Source: Azolla caroliniana (Eukaryota; Plantae; Polypodiophyta). From it: a stretch of DNA of 64,000 nt. Below, one piece after another: positions 1-14,619 of the stretch. Both the position numbers and the translations under genes were made by a program. The DNA lies in contig JBHGNT010000011.1 in NCBI GenBank assembly GCA_043228905.1, positions 20,212,001-20,276,000 on the forward strand. The letters are read 5' to 3'. The notes beneath the pieces are model-generated. The model had not been told where the DNA came from. It saw only the letters and a list, made by a program, of their open reading frames with translations, and made no database searches. The first letter of the stretch is position 1. Each line of letters starts with the position of its first letter.

Positions 1-378
1 AACATAGCCATCAAGGAGACGGATGGTGAATATAGGAGGACCTATGATAAAAAAGAAAATATAATTAAAAACAGGAGTTCTAACGAAACACATCAGGGTG
101 GCAGATAGATAAAAATTCAAGCAAAACAGAAATAGAGTCGTTAAGAAGAAGACAATTGGGGGTAAAATAGGAATGGGTATACAAATATAAAGACTAATCA
201 TAACCGAGTCTTGAGGGCATTGGAGTGAAAGAGAGTAAGGTATGCACACATATACGGGTATGCATATGAACAGACAGAAACATTAAATGTAGTGTGTGTC
301 TGTATGTGATTTGAGGAAACTGAGAAACAGAATGAGAGAGGGAGAAGAAGGAGAAGAAGGAGAAAGAGAAGGGAGAAC

Positions 379-606
379 CTGTTCGACCATCTTGTCTTTG
401 AAGATCTTTTGCTTGTCAAGGATCTTGATGGCAACATGAAGGCCAGTGACCTTGTGCTTGGCATGCTTCACCTTTGCAAAGTTGCCTTCCCCTAGCACCC
501 TCCCCATCTCGTACATCCCCACTATATTCCGCACGCCCGAATTGGATGACCCTCCATCGCCACTACTACCACCGCTACCGCTACTCCTGTCACTGCTACT
601 ACTCAT
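379..606 (-). CDS. CIPK: CBL-interacting protein kinase (SnRK3/CIPK, intron-rich clade), first coding exon; gene continues off the left edge
   Basis: ATG at 606. Translation YEMGRVLGEGNFAKVKHAK...VAIKILDKQKIFKDKMVEQ covers kinase subdomains I-II. Exon ends MVEQ|GT (donor at 378), the usual first-intron position before IKREI in intron-rich CIPKs. Confidence 0.88.
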
Positions 607-1092
607 CTGGCCAAGCCGGAATTTGATGGTGACGAGGATGAGGGAGGAACGCAACACACTTACTGACTGATAATGGTGAGGGAGCTAAACACAAGAGAGA
701 ATACTGTTGTTTATAGTATTTAAGGCGAGATCCAGAAGCGGAGAAGAAGAAGAACAGCAGTGGAGAAGAAAAGAGGGAATGGAAATTGTAGTGTGGGAGA
801 GAGAGAGAGAGAGACAGAGGCAAGAGGACTCTTATCCTCCGTTTGCTCTTTCCCCTGTTCTCCACCAGGCTCTCAGAGCCAGAGAAACAGAGAGAGAGAG
901 AGAGAGAGAGAGGAAACGTTTGTGTTTTTGTTGTTATATACAGGATTAGAAGCTTTTTGCGCTTTCTTCTCCACCGACTGATCTCATCTACTAACTACTA
1001 CATACTACATACTACATACATACTCACTGACTCTTCTCTCCGTCTCTCAATCAATTTGAGTATACATATGAGCATATAACAAACATACTGAC

Positions 1093-1096
<4 letters not shown>

Positions 1097-1145
<49 letters not shown>
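1097..1145. repeat. (GA)n microsatellite upstream of CIPK; further GA tracts at ~797-815 and ~888-911
   Basis: Directly visible; reads as (CT)n on the CIPK sense strand, typical of plant promoters and 5'UTRs. Confidence 0.95.
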
Positions 1146-1149
<4 letters not shown>

Positions 1150-4100
1150 ATATGTCGTTATGAGAAGCTAGAAGAAGGAAGGAGAAGAGGAAGCATGTGG
1201 AGAGAGAGAGAGAGCCATAACAAAAGAAACATCCACCTCACCAAACAGTAGTCGAGAAGTATGTGTGTGTGGCAGAGTGGAGCAAGTGGCATCGATTTAG
1301 TCGTCTTTTTGATACCCTGCCCCCACCGGGCCCCCACCCCATCCCTCCCCCCTCTCGACTCATGTTTTGATGTTTCGACATATAGTTCTCTCGCCAATTG
1401 GTATAACAGTTTAGCAAAAGGTTGAGATCATTCGCTTTATATGTTAATATAATATCATGGTAGTTGTAGTGCATGAAACAATAAGGATTCTAGATAGAGC
1501 CCACAGCTTGTAGGTGGTGTTGATTGATAACCTAAATAAATAGCTTACTACTAGTAGGGGTAACTCCCACTCCAACAATCTCTCTCTCTCTCTCTCCACT
1601 AAAGATAGAGGAGAAAGAAACAACCAAGGTCTCATCTTTGTCTTTGTCTATTTCTTTTTTTTAGTCAAAGTAGTTTCTATGTTAAAGTAGTGTGACAATT
1701 ACAAAAAATTATCGATGCCCCCCTATTGTAATAGTGAGGATCTTATGGCTATGTATATTATACCCTCGAAGGTTTTGTAACACTAGATCACATAACAACT
1801 CATCCAATCGAGCCATACACCCTTATATATATCTAAGGTAGTGAAACACTACCTTATATAATGGGTTGGGTGAAGCTTTGGCTCCTTGGAGCAAAAACCA
1901 CTAAAAGGGACATAACCACCGAAATGGCTTTAGCAATAATGCATGCTTATATCCTCATTGATCACTCGAGAAAAAAAAGTCCTATCTAAAATGAATCAAT
2001 GTTTTAAATCCACAACCAAAGGCGAACTACCCACCAGAGAAACACATTTGCACTAAATGGAATATGAGATTGTCACCCTACATCAAACTCCCAATGCCGT
2101 CATTAGATACATTTGACAATGTGCCATGCAGGCAATACCTCGATCACTAATCAAGCTCTGTCTTCAATTAGATTATGGTATGCATCAATAGTGTTCTTAT
2201 TTGTCTTATCGCCTCCTTATATTGAGTTTTTTTGAGACAAATAGACAAAAAGGTAGATAGTTACATAGTTACAAACTTACATAGTCACATAGTGTAGATA
2301 CATGTGTATACATACATTACAATATTTTTGTGTCTTTCGAATAACTCTCTTGAGTTACCTACTGCCTAAATATCATCACATCTTTTTCTTTTGTTCTACT
2401 TACTTTTTGTCTTCGCTCCTAGATATGTGTTTTGAATGGGTGTGTACCAAAAGGAGAAAGCATATTCCTTTCCTCATATTCCATTCACATCTAAAATTAT
2501 GTATCCTACAATAACAAATAACATCACATTTGTAGCACATTAATATTTTAGAATCATATACACAATATGCATAGAATACTCTTGAAGAAAACAAAAAACT
2601 CTCATGATATAAACGTAATGATTTGAGAATCTATCTTAAATACATGATATGCACAGAATTTTAGTGAAGGAAACAATAACTCTGATATTGTAATTGTAAT
2701 TATCGAAAAACTTCAAAATATATGTCAATCTACCTCAAAACTTAGTTCCTACCAAAGAAATTTCAACTTGTCAAGAGATTTGTGGAGCTATGATCCCATT
2801 GCATGTTTTATCTAAATGTTATTGTTCTATCTACACACTAACTACAATGTAAAACCAGGAATATCCCCATTATTTCTTCGTGTGTATCAAATAGCTAGTT
2901 GTTTGTCTTGATACTAATGATGCTTTGTGAACCTAATTAATATCCCCTCGGTTCTTGTCTAAAAACTAATGTTCTATCGAAATATTGACTGATAACTATG
3001 CAAAGCTAAGACCAATTGACACTTGCCAATGTTTGTTGATTCTTATGGTTTTTAAAGACTTATCTAAAAACTAACCTCTATGTGAACATAAGATCCCATA
3101 ATGACCACAATACATTTTCATCCATGGAAATGGTTTAACGTTCAACCCAAGAGAACACCATAATGGTTATGACATAAAAGTTGGACATGTGTTTTGTTGG
3201 TATGCATTTTGTCAAGAGCATGCTTGCAATGTGAACTATTATCGAGCTTGACTGCATGAAACAAATGTGTATTTAACATGTTTTTTCAACCAAATTTTTT
3301 GTGATGTGTATGCTTGATTTAGACCTAAGCTATTCATGGCTTTTCCTTGCATGTAGTTCCATGGCTTTTCAAAGAGGTCATTTCTACCTAAAGGCCAATT
3401 ACTTTGTGGATCTAAGATCATGCAATCAATCTCCGTAGTAACTCTCCATGACCCTTGACTCATTAGAAAAAAAATAGGCAAAATTTTGGGTGAGATTAAT
3501 AGTTTTATGATGCTAATTTGATCTAAAAGCTAACTAAATCATTCAACCAAGATCTCTCTTGACCATTATTGTTCACCAAAATTTACCCTACAACTAAAAT
3601 TTAGTTGTGGAGTTAAGATCTTCCACGCCCCAAGTATTACATTGTGGAGCAAAGGTCCTCCATGTCACCCTTGGTTCATAGAACTACTATTATGTAAGCA
3701 TAACAATAGTATGATTGCAGGACGTGTAAGTGGAGTGGCCATATGCTAGTAGCCAAGCATGCATATGAGGAAGAATGTTGAACAATATATGGTGCAAGGA
3801 CCCTCTATGTGAGTAACATCTCCCTCACACATGATATAATGCAAGTGTATGAACACAAATGGATCAGAGTTCAAACAACGTTTTAGTGTCCTAAAGTTTA
3901 AACCCCTTACATATATGTGATCTAAGAGGGTAGTTTGTGTAGTCATGGTGTGCATTGTATTGATATGTGCCCCATCAACCATTTATTATAATTTATCCAA
4001 ACATTAATTGATTTGTGAGGTTGAGATCCCTCTTCACTTCCAAGGTACACACTTCTTGACACATGTGCTTGGCCCCATTTGACTAGCTTTTAAGACTACA

Positions 4101-7100
4101 TGATTCCGATCCTAGAATTTTTATACTAAATTCTCCAATGATAACTTTCAAACTTCTAGCTATGAAATCTAGGAGGTTTCATTGCCACCTTGATATAATA
4201 TTGCCACCTATGCAGAAGCCATTATTGTCATTCGAAGAGAGTTCTAGATTGCATCAATTTTCATTTGTAAAGGAAATGGAAGACTCAAATATTACACATA
4301 TTTTTGCATATAACATTTCTAAAAATATCAAGGATAACAAAGAGACAACGTTGATAACATTGATTCTCATACGAAACAAATAAGTTGCTATTGTATTCCA
4401 ATTGTTTGTTTACTACCAAATTTGGACCCGTTCGCTTCCACCACATGGTGACCATATTGACTTCACGTGAACTTCTCAAAAGATGGCATTCTAATGGTTG
4501 ATTGTATTGCCAACTCAAAAGAATATTTGTGTACACCACTCCTTATTGCCCACATTAAAAGCAATACTATAATGTGGGACCGACCACTTGACAAGTAACA
4601 CTTTGAATTGTATATCTTACATCAATATTTAGAAGCAAATATCATCTTTCTTGATAATTTGTATATGTTAGTTTTTTATACAACGTCATGTAACTGAAAC
4701 TTAGCTCTTTAGTTTTCCAAATTAGAAATTCTGTTTAGTAATGGTTTTGTTCATCATGTAGTCTTATTTCTTTTTTCCCATGCAGGCATGTTAATTACAT
4801 TGCCAAACGCCATATTTACAGCGATATTTTAGTAGCTCCTTTATGGTATGACAAAGGTTAACCCGCATTGAACTTCATAGTCTTCTCAATCCCTTGTCAT
4901 CGTTATTTAATCTAGTTTGTGCAAGTAGGTTTCCATTGAAATTTACTAAAAAAGGCATACCATACATCCAATATCTCGTGATTATCTAGGCTCTAATTTG
5001 TATTGCTTTGATAAGGAATTACCTTATTATGCATATGCAATGTGCATGGGCACATAATTCAATCAGTATTGTCTATACAATTTATAGTTATTTTTGTATT
5101 TTTTGGATTTCCTTTTAAAAGTATTAGAATATGTACCTTTAATTATCTTAGACATAATCAAGTTTGCAATTAATATTACTTGTAGCTTATTACGTGCAAA
5201 TAACATGGTCTTAAAGTCACTGCTTTTGTTGCCTCAAGAAGGCAATGAAATTGTTTTCAACCCTTCAACTATATAAATTCAATTTGTAAATCCATATTGT
5301 TAGGAGGAATTTCTATAATGAAATGAGCGATGTTCACGCCATAACGATAGCAAGGTTTCTTCCATTTCAATATGGGTAACTTTTTTTCTAATGTTTGTTT
5401 TCAATATTGTGTTATGAGACACTCGCACGCCTTTTGTTAGTCCATGTACCAAAGCTTCTTTATGGGTTATAAAGGAAATGCTTTTCACTTTGTGCTTTAG
5501 CACGTCTTGTCTTGTTTTGAATTCTTACTTTTCTATCGTTGAACTTTATGAGAAAGCAATTCTTCATAGGCTAGAGTCTAGACAATATTATTCAATAATA
5601 TTTTGGAAATAGTTTTATAAATGTGATTTCTCCGAGGCCTATTATTTTTGTAAGTGCAAAACAATCGAGCTTCTAAAAACTTCAATCCCTTCATGCATGA
5701 TTATTGGAAAGCTCATTTTTTAACTATGTAGCATACGTACAATCCAATGTGTAAGAACACAAAGATACATTGGCCTACCAAATAGATGGTCAAGAACATA
5801 ACATGTTGGCCTACCAAATGGATATTCAGTAACTTAACGTGTTTGCATATCAAATAAGCACGAACCTTTGAGTCACCCATCATTTTCCTAATAATGCAAA
5901 GATTGTGTTGTGTGGCTAGGTGTGTTTCTCCCATCACATCATGGTCATCACTAGCAATCATAAAGACAATGGCATAAACATTAAGAAAAAACTATGAAAT
6001 ACCCATGAGTTTATCTCAACATTCACATCATTTCCGCAAATGCCTTTTGACAACCTTCCTCTTTAGCAGTTATATGTGTTACCATATTGTCAATTCATCC
6101 TTATTTTCTCAAATTTATGTGAAATCTGAGCAATTATATGGTCAATTTGTCCCTCCCTATCTCTCTCAAATCAATTAAAGGCATTTGGGAAGGTAATGAA
6201 AAACATCAATGGAAATGAAGATAAACCCAATGGTATTCATAAACTTTTCCAATAAAACATATAATAAGGGGGACATGATTAGATATAATATACTGTATAA
6301 ATAGGGGTTCTTTTGACCTCAACTTATGTATTTTATTGTTCAATTCATGGGTCCAATATCTCAGCCACATGATTTCTAGAATCTAGATGTTCGATTACAA
6401 TATATATATTTATTTATTTAATTATTGTATTATTGCACTAATATATTGCTATATTATAGTCGAAATTATACTATTAGGTTTGTTTCTATGTAGAGACAAA
6501 AAAATTGACATAACATGTAAGAACACAATAACAGTCTTGGAGCTTGGAGGGTGACTTGGGATGCTCTTCTAATGGTGTGTGGCCAATCTTCCCATTCAAA
6601 GACTTCAAATAATTGTCTAGGTGGTGTCTGATGAAGGATTTATACCATAAGTAGAATTGGGGTCTATGTTGATTTAGTCAAGGATATTGATGGCATGTAT
6701 GTTGACCTTGACATGTAGGGCATCAAACATTTTCTCACGCACCGGAACTTGTTGGTGCAACTATCTTTTTATGTTGGGTTGTGTTTTGTACGAGTGTATG
6801 AAGTCTATCTTTACGTTTTAACACCATGGGTGTGTTCAAGTGCCAATCATGCTAATAATAAGACATGGGCAAGTTTCCTACTCACCTCCCTCCATTGAAG
6901 GCCAGAGGATTGGGCTTGTGCTGGCTGACGATGATTGCCTCTAGTTTATAGCTCTAGATACCTACTTACATTAAGTAGAAAGTAGGAGAGGATATGTACG
7001 TAATCTCGAGGGTGATTCCCCGATTTATATATAAGCCATCTTGCATAGTCTTTCTATAAAAATCTCTCCTAACTAAAGGGAAAATAGCTCCTTTTTTGCC

Positions 7101-7799
7101 AAACAAAGAACATGGGCTTTCTCTAGTTGGACACATGGCTTCACCCTCTCCTTGTTGTTCGTAATTTCACTTCAAATGTTAACTCCTATAATGTCATTTC
7201 TCTATTGCTTTCCTTGCAACTACATTGTGAATTTCCATTAGGTAACTAGATCAGTTATGCAAATCTCATTCAATTAATCTACACTCAAGGTTATTATGGT
7301 CATGGTTTGGATTTTTTACATTGCATTAAACTTGAAAATACCTAGAAAAGGTTATGCTAAAATCATGCTAATAGTCATGGTTATGAACTAAGTCTTGTAC
7401 ATTTTCACACACTTTAGTACTATGTGTAGCTTAAACGCAATAACTTGGGTGTCAGGTTTATAAATTGGGGGGTTCCCAAGGAGGAGGAGATTGAACTATT
7501 AACCGAGGCAGGAACCAATAATCAGAGTGAATTTTAACTTAAGGTTAGTACATGTATAATTTAAGTGGCTCAATTACGTCACTTCTAACCTAATTGAATC
7601 AAGTTTAATCCAATTAAGTCACTATTGTAACTAAATTTAGGAATAGCAATATCCCTTAAAGATCGTAGCATATGGTCAATGCACAAAGAAGAAAAGGTGC
7701 AACATTGCTCCTTCTATTGATTGTTATTCCAGAGGAGAAGATCTTGATGTCAAACCTCACCGATGTTTAGAAAAGTTAACTCATATCACGACACTTTAG

Positions 7800-8655
7800 A
7801 AAACCTAAGAATATCATCAGACTACACAAACAAACATCGTGGCCTTCTGTAAAGGGAAGGCCTAAGAATCACATCAGACTATATAGCCAAGAAAGCATAT
7901 AGCCTTACAGCTTATATGCTACAATACCGTAGTGAAAAAAACATGCAAAGTTCCTCTATCTATAACAATTCCAGGAATTATGAAAAGATTAATAGAATGA
8001 GAAAACACTGCCTAAAACTGAATTTTCAGAAAACCTACGAATCACATCATACTAAGACAAATAAAACATAGGCCAGAAATCCCGAATGAAAATGACATGA
8101 TACAATTCCGTACAAAAAATAATGTTATAGCAATAAGAAAAGTTGTTCATACAACTAAGACTTAGAAAAATAAACAAGAAAAAATTATGGTTTTCCTTAT
8201 ATGCTGCAATATGACAGTGATGAAGAAATATGCTATAATTCCAGAATGGAAAGTAAACAATTGCCTTCCTTTGTATGCCACAACTCCAGAATGAAGGTTA
8301 TAACAACGAGAAAAGTGGTGCAAATGACTGAATCTTTGGAAAACGTAACAAGTAACTATATGGCTTTCCTTATATACCACGATACTAGGATGATGAAATG
8401 AATACCCCACAGTTCCATAATCAAAAAAATTAACATATGGCCTTGGCCTAAAGGATAACCTGTGACCTTTTAAATGCCACGAATCTCGAGAGAAAAGGAA
8501 GCATATGTCTGTATAACTCGCAATTCTAATAAAACGAAAATGTATAGCTTCATATGTCAAGGTAACAGAGAGAAAAGTAAACATGTGACCTTCCTTATAT
8601 GCCACAATTTCAGAAGGAAAACGAACACACACATTCCTACAATTCCAGAACCAAA
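7800..8655. repeat. Degenerate ~45-bp minisatellite array, left half (consensus approx. AAACATATGGCCTTCCTTATATGCCACAATTCCAGAATGAA)
   Basis: Recurrent (G/A)CCACAATTCCAGAATG and TGGCCTTCCTTATAT motifs, e.g. near 8230, 8265-8295, 8360, 8585-8615. Confidence 0.8.
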
Positions 8656-8659
8656 AACT

Positions 8660-11600
8660 AAGGTTGCTTCTATTAAACTATAAAAACATTTTTATATGAC
8701 TTAAACATTTTCTGATTTTTGTTAAGAGTTGTACAATCTTGTTTTCAGAACTGTATGACAACTCTTGAAGGAAAATTTTGTACACTGGCATCCTTGGACA
8801 AGATTCCCATTCAGCATTAATAGGTATTTATGAGTCCATGACTTAGCTATCCTATCAACATTTAAAGTTCTTCTTCTAAGAACATATTCTATGCATCTTC
8901 AACAGCACACAAACATATGTGTGCACTCCTACCTAGTACAATGTTTTGTAAGTAGTGGGATTTTGTTTTGCAGAATTGCTTCTACTTTCTTTTTCAGTTT
9001 CTATAAAAAGCAGTTGCCCACATTTACATGGTAATATCATATGAAGCTTTGGGAAATATCAAGGGGCTGACTAGTGATCATGAGGTCTGGAGCAAAGTGA
9101 AGACTATGTATGAGTCAACCACTGTCGTGAATCAAGTTCTCTTTCTGAGAATGTTCATGGCTGCACAACTTGAAGATACCTAGTCTACAGCTAAACACAT
9201 TTCAATATTCCATGGTCTACTCAATCAACTTCAAGATGTGGATTGCAAATCTTTGATGACAAAATGAAGGCAATCGTCTTACTCATGAGATTGCCTAAAA
9301 CATGGGAGGCTCTTGAAATCTCACTCTCAAATAGTGCAAGTCTTACATTTGATGGAGAGGACCAATCCTTACTGAAGAAAATCGTCAAAAACCATGTGGG
9401 GAGTCTTCTAGTTCTGCCAACATCACAAGAGGGAGAGCTGCAACAAAGAATGCATCAATGCAAAGGTCTAGAAGCAAAAGCGAGAGGAAAGAAATCGCTT
9501 GCTTTCAATGTGACCATAAAGGGCATAAAAAGTTTGATTCTAGATTTTACGAACAAGAGCTTGAAAGACCAAAGAAGAATTGGAAGGATACAACAAAAAA
9601 GAAATATGATGTGGACAACAAAGGAAAAGAGAAGGGGAAGGCAAATATAGCCTCCGGTGTCATCATTGAGGAGATTCTTGACACTGAGAACATACTGAGA
9701 CAGCTTTAGCAAATGCACTGTTAACAGTACAAGAACCCGTTATTCAGACATGGATCATTGTCTTTGGTGTCTCCTTTCACTGCACTCCTTCTAGGGAGTG
9801 CTTTCTTTCATTTTCTGCAGGTAACTTTGGGAAGCTTTACCTTGGCAAAAACCATGCATGCAAAATTGAAGGACTTGGCATTGTTGAGTGGCCAAGAATA
9901 ATGGTCAAGAGTTGAAACTAGACCAAGATAGTTTTGTTCCAAGGATCAAGAAAACCTTGTTGTCTACAGGACAGCTTGATTTACAGGGCTATTCTACAAT
10001 CTTCACAAGACTCCTTAACCAAGGCAGCAAGAGAGGTACACTGTTGGCTCTCAGGTCAAGCTCTTCCTGGTTGATTCACTACAATTGTAAAAACAGAAAA
10101 TGGGATCAGATTGTGGCACAAAATATTATGCCATAATGTTCTACTCTCTTCTCGTAAGTTGGTGACCTAAAGGTAACAAGCTTGATAATTGTGATGACTA
10201 CATTTATGGAAAAAAAGTAAAGAGTTCGTCTTACACTGGAAAACGGCTCCACTTGAGCTCATACACTCTAATTTATGCATTATGCCTACTAAATCTTTAG
10301 GAGACATTTATTACTACTCAAATCGTGAAAGGTTTTGATGTATGTTGTCAACAGCTCATCTCCCTCATGCATTTTGGGGAGAGGCTTTACAAACTGCAAT
10401 ACATGTACTTAATAGAACCCCACACAATTCACTCAAAGGTGGCATACCGGAGTAGATTTGATTTGGCAAATCGGCCTCATATGATCACCTACGTATCTTT
10501 GGTTGTGAAGTTCTCGTCCACGTTAGACAGGAGTTAAGAAATAAGTTGCATGCAAAATTATCTAAGGCATCTTTTTAGGATATGGTGCAAAAGTTAAGAT
10601 GGGTTACAGAATTTGATTATTGCAACTACGAAAGGTAATCAAGCGTCATGATGTTGTATTGAATGAAGCAAAGTTGCTGAAAAGTAATTGTATTTCATTA
10701 AAATCAACGAAATGAGTGAAATGGACAACAAAACAGAGAAATTTTTGACCCGGAATATTAAGATCAATCAGTCACATCCTATAAAGGAAGAAATAACAGC
10801 TGAACAACAGCAAGAAGCTATTCCATTAGATTTGGAACCAATTCCAGATATTGTAGATCATTGGGTTAGGAGACCAACATGGTTGAGGGGTCCAACCCAA
10901 AGGTATGATCTATCTCTTTATCAAATTCTTTTAACAGATGATGGGGGGAGCCTCTCACTCTTAAAGAGGCTAGGACATGTGAGCTCTAACAAGTGGGAGC
11001 TCACTATGCAAGAGGAGATCAAAGCACTCCATGAGAATAACAGGTGGGATCGTGTAGAAGTTATACCCAACAAGTGGGTCTACAAGGTAAAGACTCTAGA
11101 AGGTAAACCCAAGTATAAGGCTTGTTTAGTAGCAAAAGGGTACGAACAAATACGACAAATTGATTTTCATGAGGTTTTTGATTCAATAGTCAAAAATGAC
11201 TACACTCATAACACTTTTCGTTATTTCAGCCTTTTTAGATTTGGAGTTATATCAAATGGATGTAAAGATGGCTTTCCCTTATGGAAGCCTAGATGAGAAG
11301 CTTTATATGTTGCAGCCTGAAGGGTTCACGATTCCAAGAAACGAGCATCTCGTTTGTAAACTTTGACGCAGCCTCTATGGGATGAAAGAAGCCCCACACC
11401 TATGGTTTAAGACATTTGACTCTTTCATGTTCTCAATTGGCTTCACTCAAAGTAAGGTAGATCCTTGTCTCTATATGAAAAAGGAAACTAATGGCAATCC
11501 TATTGCTTTGGTTTTGTATGTTTGATGACATGCGCATTGCAAGAAAGCATGAAACAAATTTGCAAGAATTAAAATGCAAACTCAAATCTGAAATTTCCAT

Positions 11601-14600
11601 GAAAGATCTTGGAAAAGCTAAGCACATTCTTGGGATTAGAATCAGATGAGACAGAGAAAAGGAGTTACTATTTGTATCCCAAGAGAAGTACATTGAGAAG
11701 GTATCGGAAAGATTTCAGATGACTGATAAGAAGCCATCTTTACTGCCTCTTCAACTAGAAGTAAAGCTTTCAAAAGTGCATTGTCCCAAAGACAAAGAGG
11801 AAACAGAAAACATGTAGGCAATCCCATATGCTTCAGGTTGTTGGTCATTAATGTATGCAATGGTATCAACACGACCTGATATTGCATATGCCGTAGGAAT
11901 AGTAAACAGAATTATGAGTCAACCTGGACAAAACCATTGGGCTGCAGTCAACTCTATCCTTAGATATCTCAAAGGCACTAAGGACAAATGCATTTGTTAT
12001 GACAAAGGGCACTTGAATCTTTTTGGCTATTGTGATTCTGATATGGCTGGAGATGTAGACACAAGAAAATCTACTTACAGTTACATCTATACTTTCATAG
12101 ATGGAGCTATTTCGTGGTGTTCAAGGCTGCAAGGAATCATTGTACTCTACTACAAAAACTGAGTATATCTCAGCTGCAAAGGCTTTTAAAGGGGGCATTT
12201 GGTAACTCTCTTGTGTGGTGAGCTTGGACTCACAAAGCAAATTCCAGACCTATATTGTGATAACCAAAGCGCCATATGGATGTTTGGCAAAGAGTCACAC
12301 TAAAAGTTACCATGGAAGAAAGTTGACTCCAAGAGAAAACGCTATATTGTTGTTTTGTAAAGAAAACCTTCAACACCCTACATAACATTGAAGTTTGGAA
12401 AAGAATGATAGAGATTGGAATGCCATTAGAGTATAGAGAAGCTGTAGCACGATTGTATTAGCAGGTTAGGTGTCAACTGAAAATGGATAGTGGTTTCTCA
12501 ACGTACTTCTTGCGCAACATGTGGGTCAAGCAAGGGTGCCCTCTCTCTCCTGCACACTTTGGTCTAGGCATTGATAAACTTGAAGAAATAGTAAACAAGG
12601 ATGCAAAAGAAGAAAAAAATGGATGGTCCAAAACTCATGCATGAGCTTATTTTTATACTCATGTATGCTGAGGATGTTGCTTTATTCTCATATAATTTGG
12701 ATGATATGCAACACTTACTTGATGTAGCGGACACATTTTGTAAAATCAGTGGGCTAACTATTAACGTGGACCAAACAAAAATGATGGCAATGGAAGCAAT
12801 ACAATCAAGACACTACCCCACATTTACATACAAGGTAGAACCAATACAAGTGGTGCAACGCTTCAAATATATTGGTATTAATGTCCCATCGACAAACAGG
12901 TGGAATGCATGCTATGAGTCTAGACTTCAGGTGGGTTGGAATACTTATATGTTTTAAAATCAAAGCAACCAAAGTGATACTCGAGGATGGGAAGTGAGAA
13001 CAACATTATGCAATGTTACAATGGTCTAAATATTACTTAATGGAGTAGAAGTATGGGGTGGCATTATCTCGCCACTTAGTGCATAGAATGAAATAGACAA
13101 AACCTAAAAATTGTTATTATGTTGACAATTGGGGGTATAATCCTCAACATCTCATCATGTCATGTTATTAGAAACATCTGCCCGACGAGCCATGCAAAGA
13201 TCATAGAAGCATATCACAAAAGTCAAGAATATGCCTGATCATAGATTGTCAAACAAGCTTATAAAATAGGATGCAAAGTACAACAGCTAATAAGAGCAAA
13301 ATTGTCTCATCTAGCTAGGTGCTTGCCATTATGAAATGGTTTAAGATATGGGGATAAAATGTCTATTGGAGCTCTCAAAAGATGCTATGAAGTATGTGAT
13401 CATTGAGGATAGATTACTATAGGCACTAAGGATGAAGTGGAAAGATGCTAAAATATCAAAATCGGAATATTGCATTGCAAATATTAACCCCAAATACAAG
13501 GAAAAAAATCTCGAACGTATCCAATTGCATCTCACTACCCCATGACCCTTGGCTCTCAAAGATCCTTAACACTTCTCCGAACTCACTCACACAAGTTAGG
13601 TGTTAAGGTAGCATCGTAGCATCATGATGCAAACATGAATATATGAAAGGTATGAAATGAAAACCTATTGGTAGATAAGGATCACTTACTTATCGCATGC
13701 TTAGTGTATAAGGTAATCCATCAGAAACTTGATGACTTATTAAATGGGGATGACAACGTGAGTGTCATACTCAAATTTCCACCGAGAAGGGTGAGCACAT
13801 ATGTGCATGCATAATTTTCACATCGAGAGTTTATAATACAAATTAGTATCCTCCTTCTTAAGAAGGAGCCACATACAAGATTATATGTTGATTTGGTCCC
13901 ATAGTTCAAAATTGACGTCATCATGAATGATAAAAATTTTGTTCTATTCTATTCTATTCTAAAGAACCTTGTTTACCACACTAGGATTAACATATTAATA
14001 TTCGTTATCACTTCATTGGAGAGGTGATAGAGGATGATCAAATCCAACTAATAATACCACCGAGAATCCAGCAGATTGTTTAACATAGTGTTATCAAAGA
14101 CACTTCATCAACACTGACTTGAGCAAGTGGGAGTTATCTAGTACAGTAACTAGCTCCTTTAAGTGGGAGGTTGTTCGGATTAAAGGCCCTTAGGTTGCTT
14201 TTATTGAACTAGAAAAACGTTTTTATATAATTTAACACTTTCTGAACTTTGTTACTACTGTCTCATTTTCAGAACTTTACAACTCCTAAAAGAATATTTT
14301 GTACACTAGATGGGATCCGTGAACAAGATTCCCACTCAGCATTAAATAGGTATGTATGAGGCCATGACTTAACTGTCCCATCAGCATTTAAATCTGTTCT
14401 TCTAAGAGCATATTCTATGTATCTTGAATGGGACATTTATATATCTATGCACTCCCACCTTGTACATTTTTTAAGTCGTGGGCTTTTGTTCTACAAAACT
14501 TCTTCTTGTTTCTTTAATCTCTCCTATGTGTTAAACCACGTGATTGTTTTTAATTTCTATACCTCTGCCTTTAGATATTTCAGAAAACTGCCATTCTATC

Positions 14601-14615
14601 TTCTACTTTTTTACA
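8660..14615 (+). mobile_element. Old, decayed Ty1/Copia LTR retrotransposon (5' LTR ~8660-9028, 3' LTR 14172-14615)
   Basis: Frameshifted fragments of gag (CFQCDHKGH knuckle), protease, integrase, RT (KWVYKVK...KYKACLVAKGY) and RNase H (MYAMVSTRPDIAYAVG...GYCDSDMAGDVDTRKST; KNLVYH...IRYHF resumes at ~13962). Degenerate PBS TGGTA at 9029. PPT AAGTGGGAGG at 14161-14170 followed by TG. Diverged direct repeats 8660-9000 vs 14190-14560, both ending in TTTACA. Confidence 0.8.
12277..13961 (+). mobile_element. 5'-truncated non-LTR retrotransposon (RTE-like LINE) inserted in the Copia RNase H
   Basis: RT motifs VKQGCPLSP (~12524), MYAEDVALFS and FKYIGI; 3' tail (TTCTA)4 at 13942-13961. Copia frame CDNQSAI stops at ~12276 and resumes as KNLVYH at 13962. 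Confidence 0.85.
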
Positions 14616-14619
14616 AGTA

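Noticed and set aside
599-1635. Several short ORFs rich in ER/LS repeats
   Set aside because: Products of GA/CT microsatellites in the CIPK leader and promoter.
1700-7800. Possible decayed DNA-transposon (MULE-like) relics; similar hints at 47300-48600, 58000-59500 and 63100-64000
   Set aside because: Only vague peptide resemblance, with no TIR, TSD or diagnostic motif that I can support without a profile search.
14270-14430. ~50-codon minus-strand open frame (IEYALRRTDLNADGTVKSWPHTYLFNAEWESC) with a homolog at ~8750-8900
   Set aside because: Lies inside the inferred Copia LTRs; the second copy has stops and a 1-nt indel, so coding function is unsupported.
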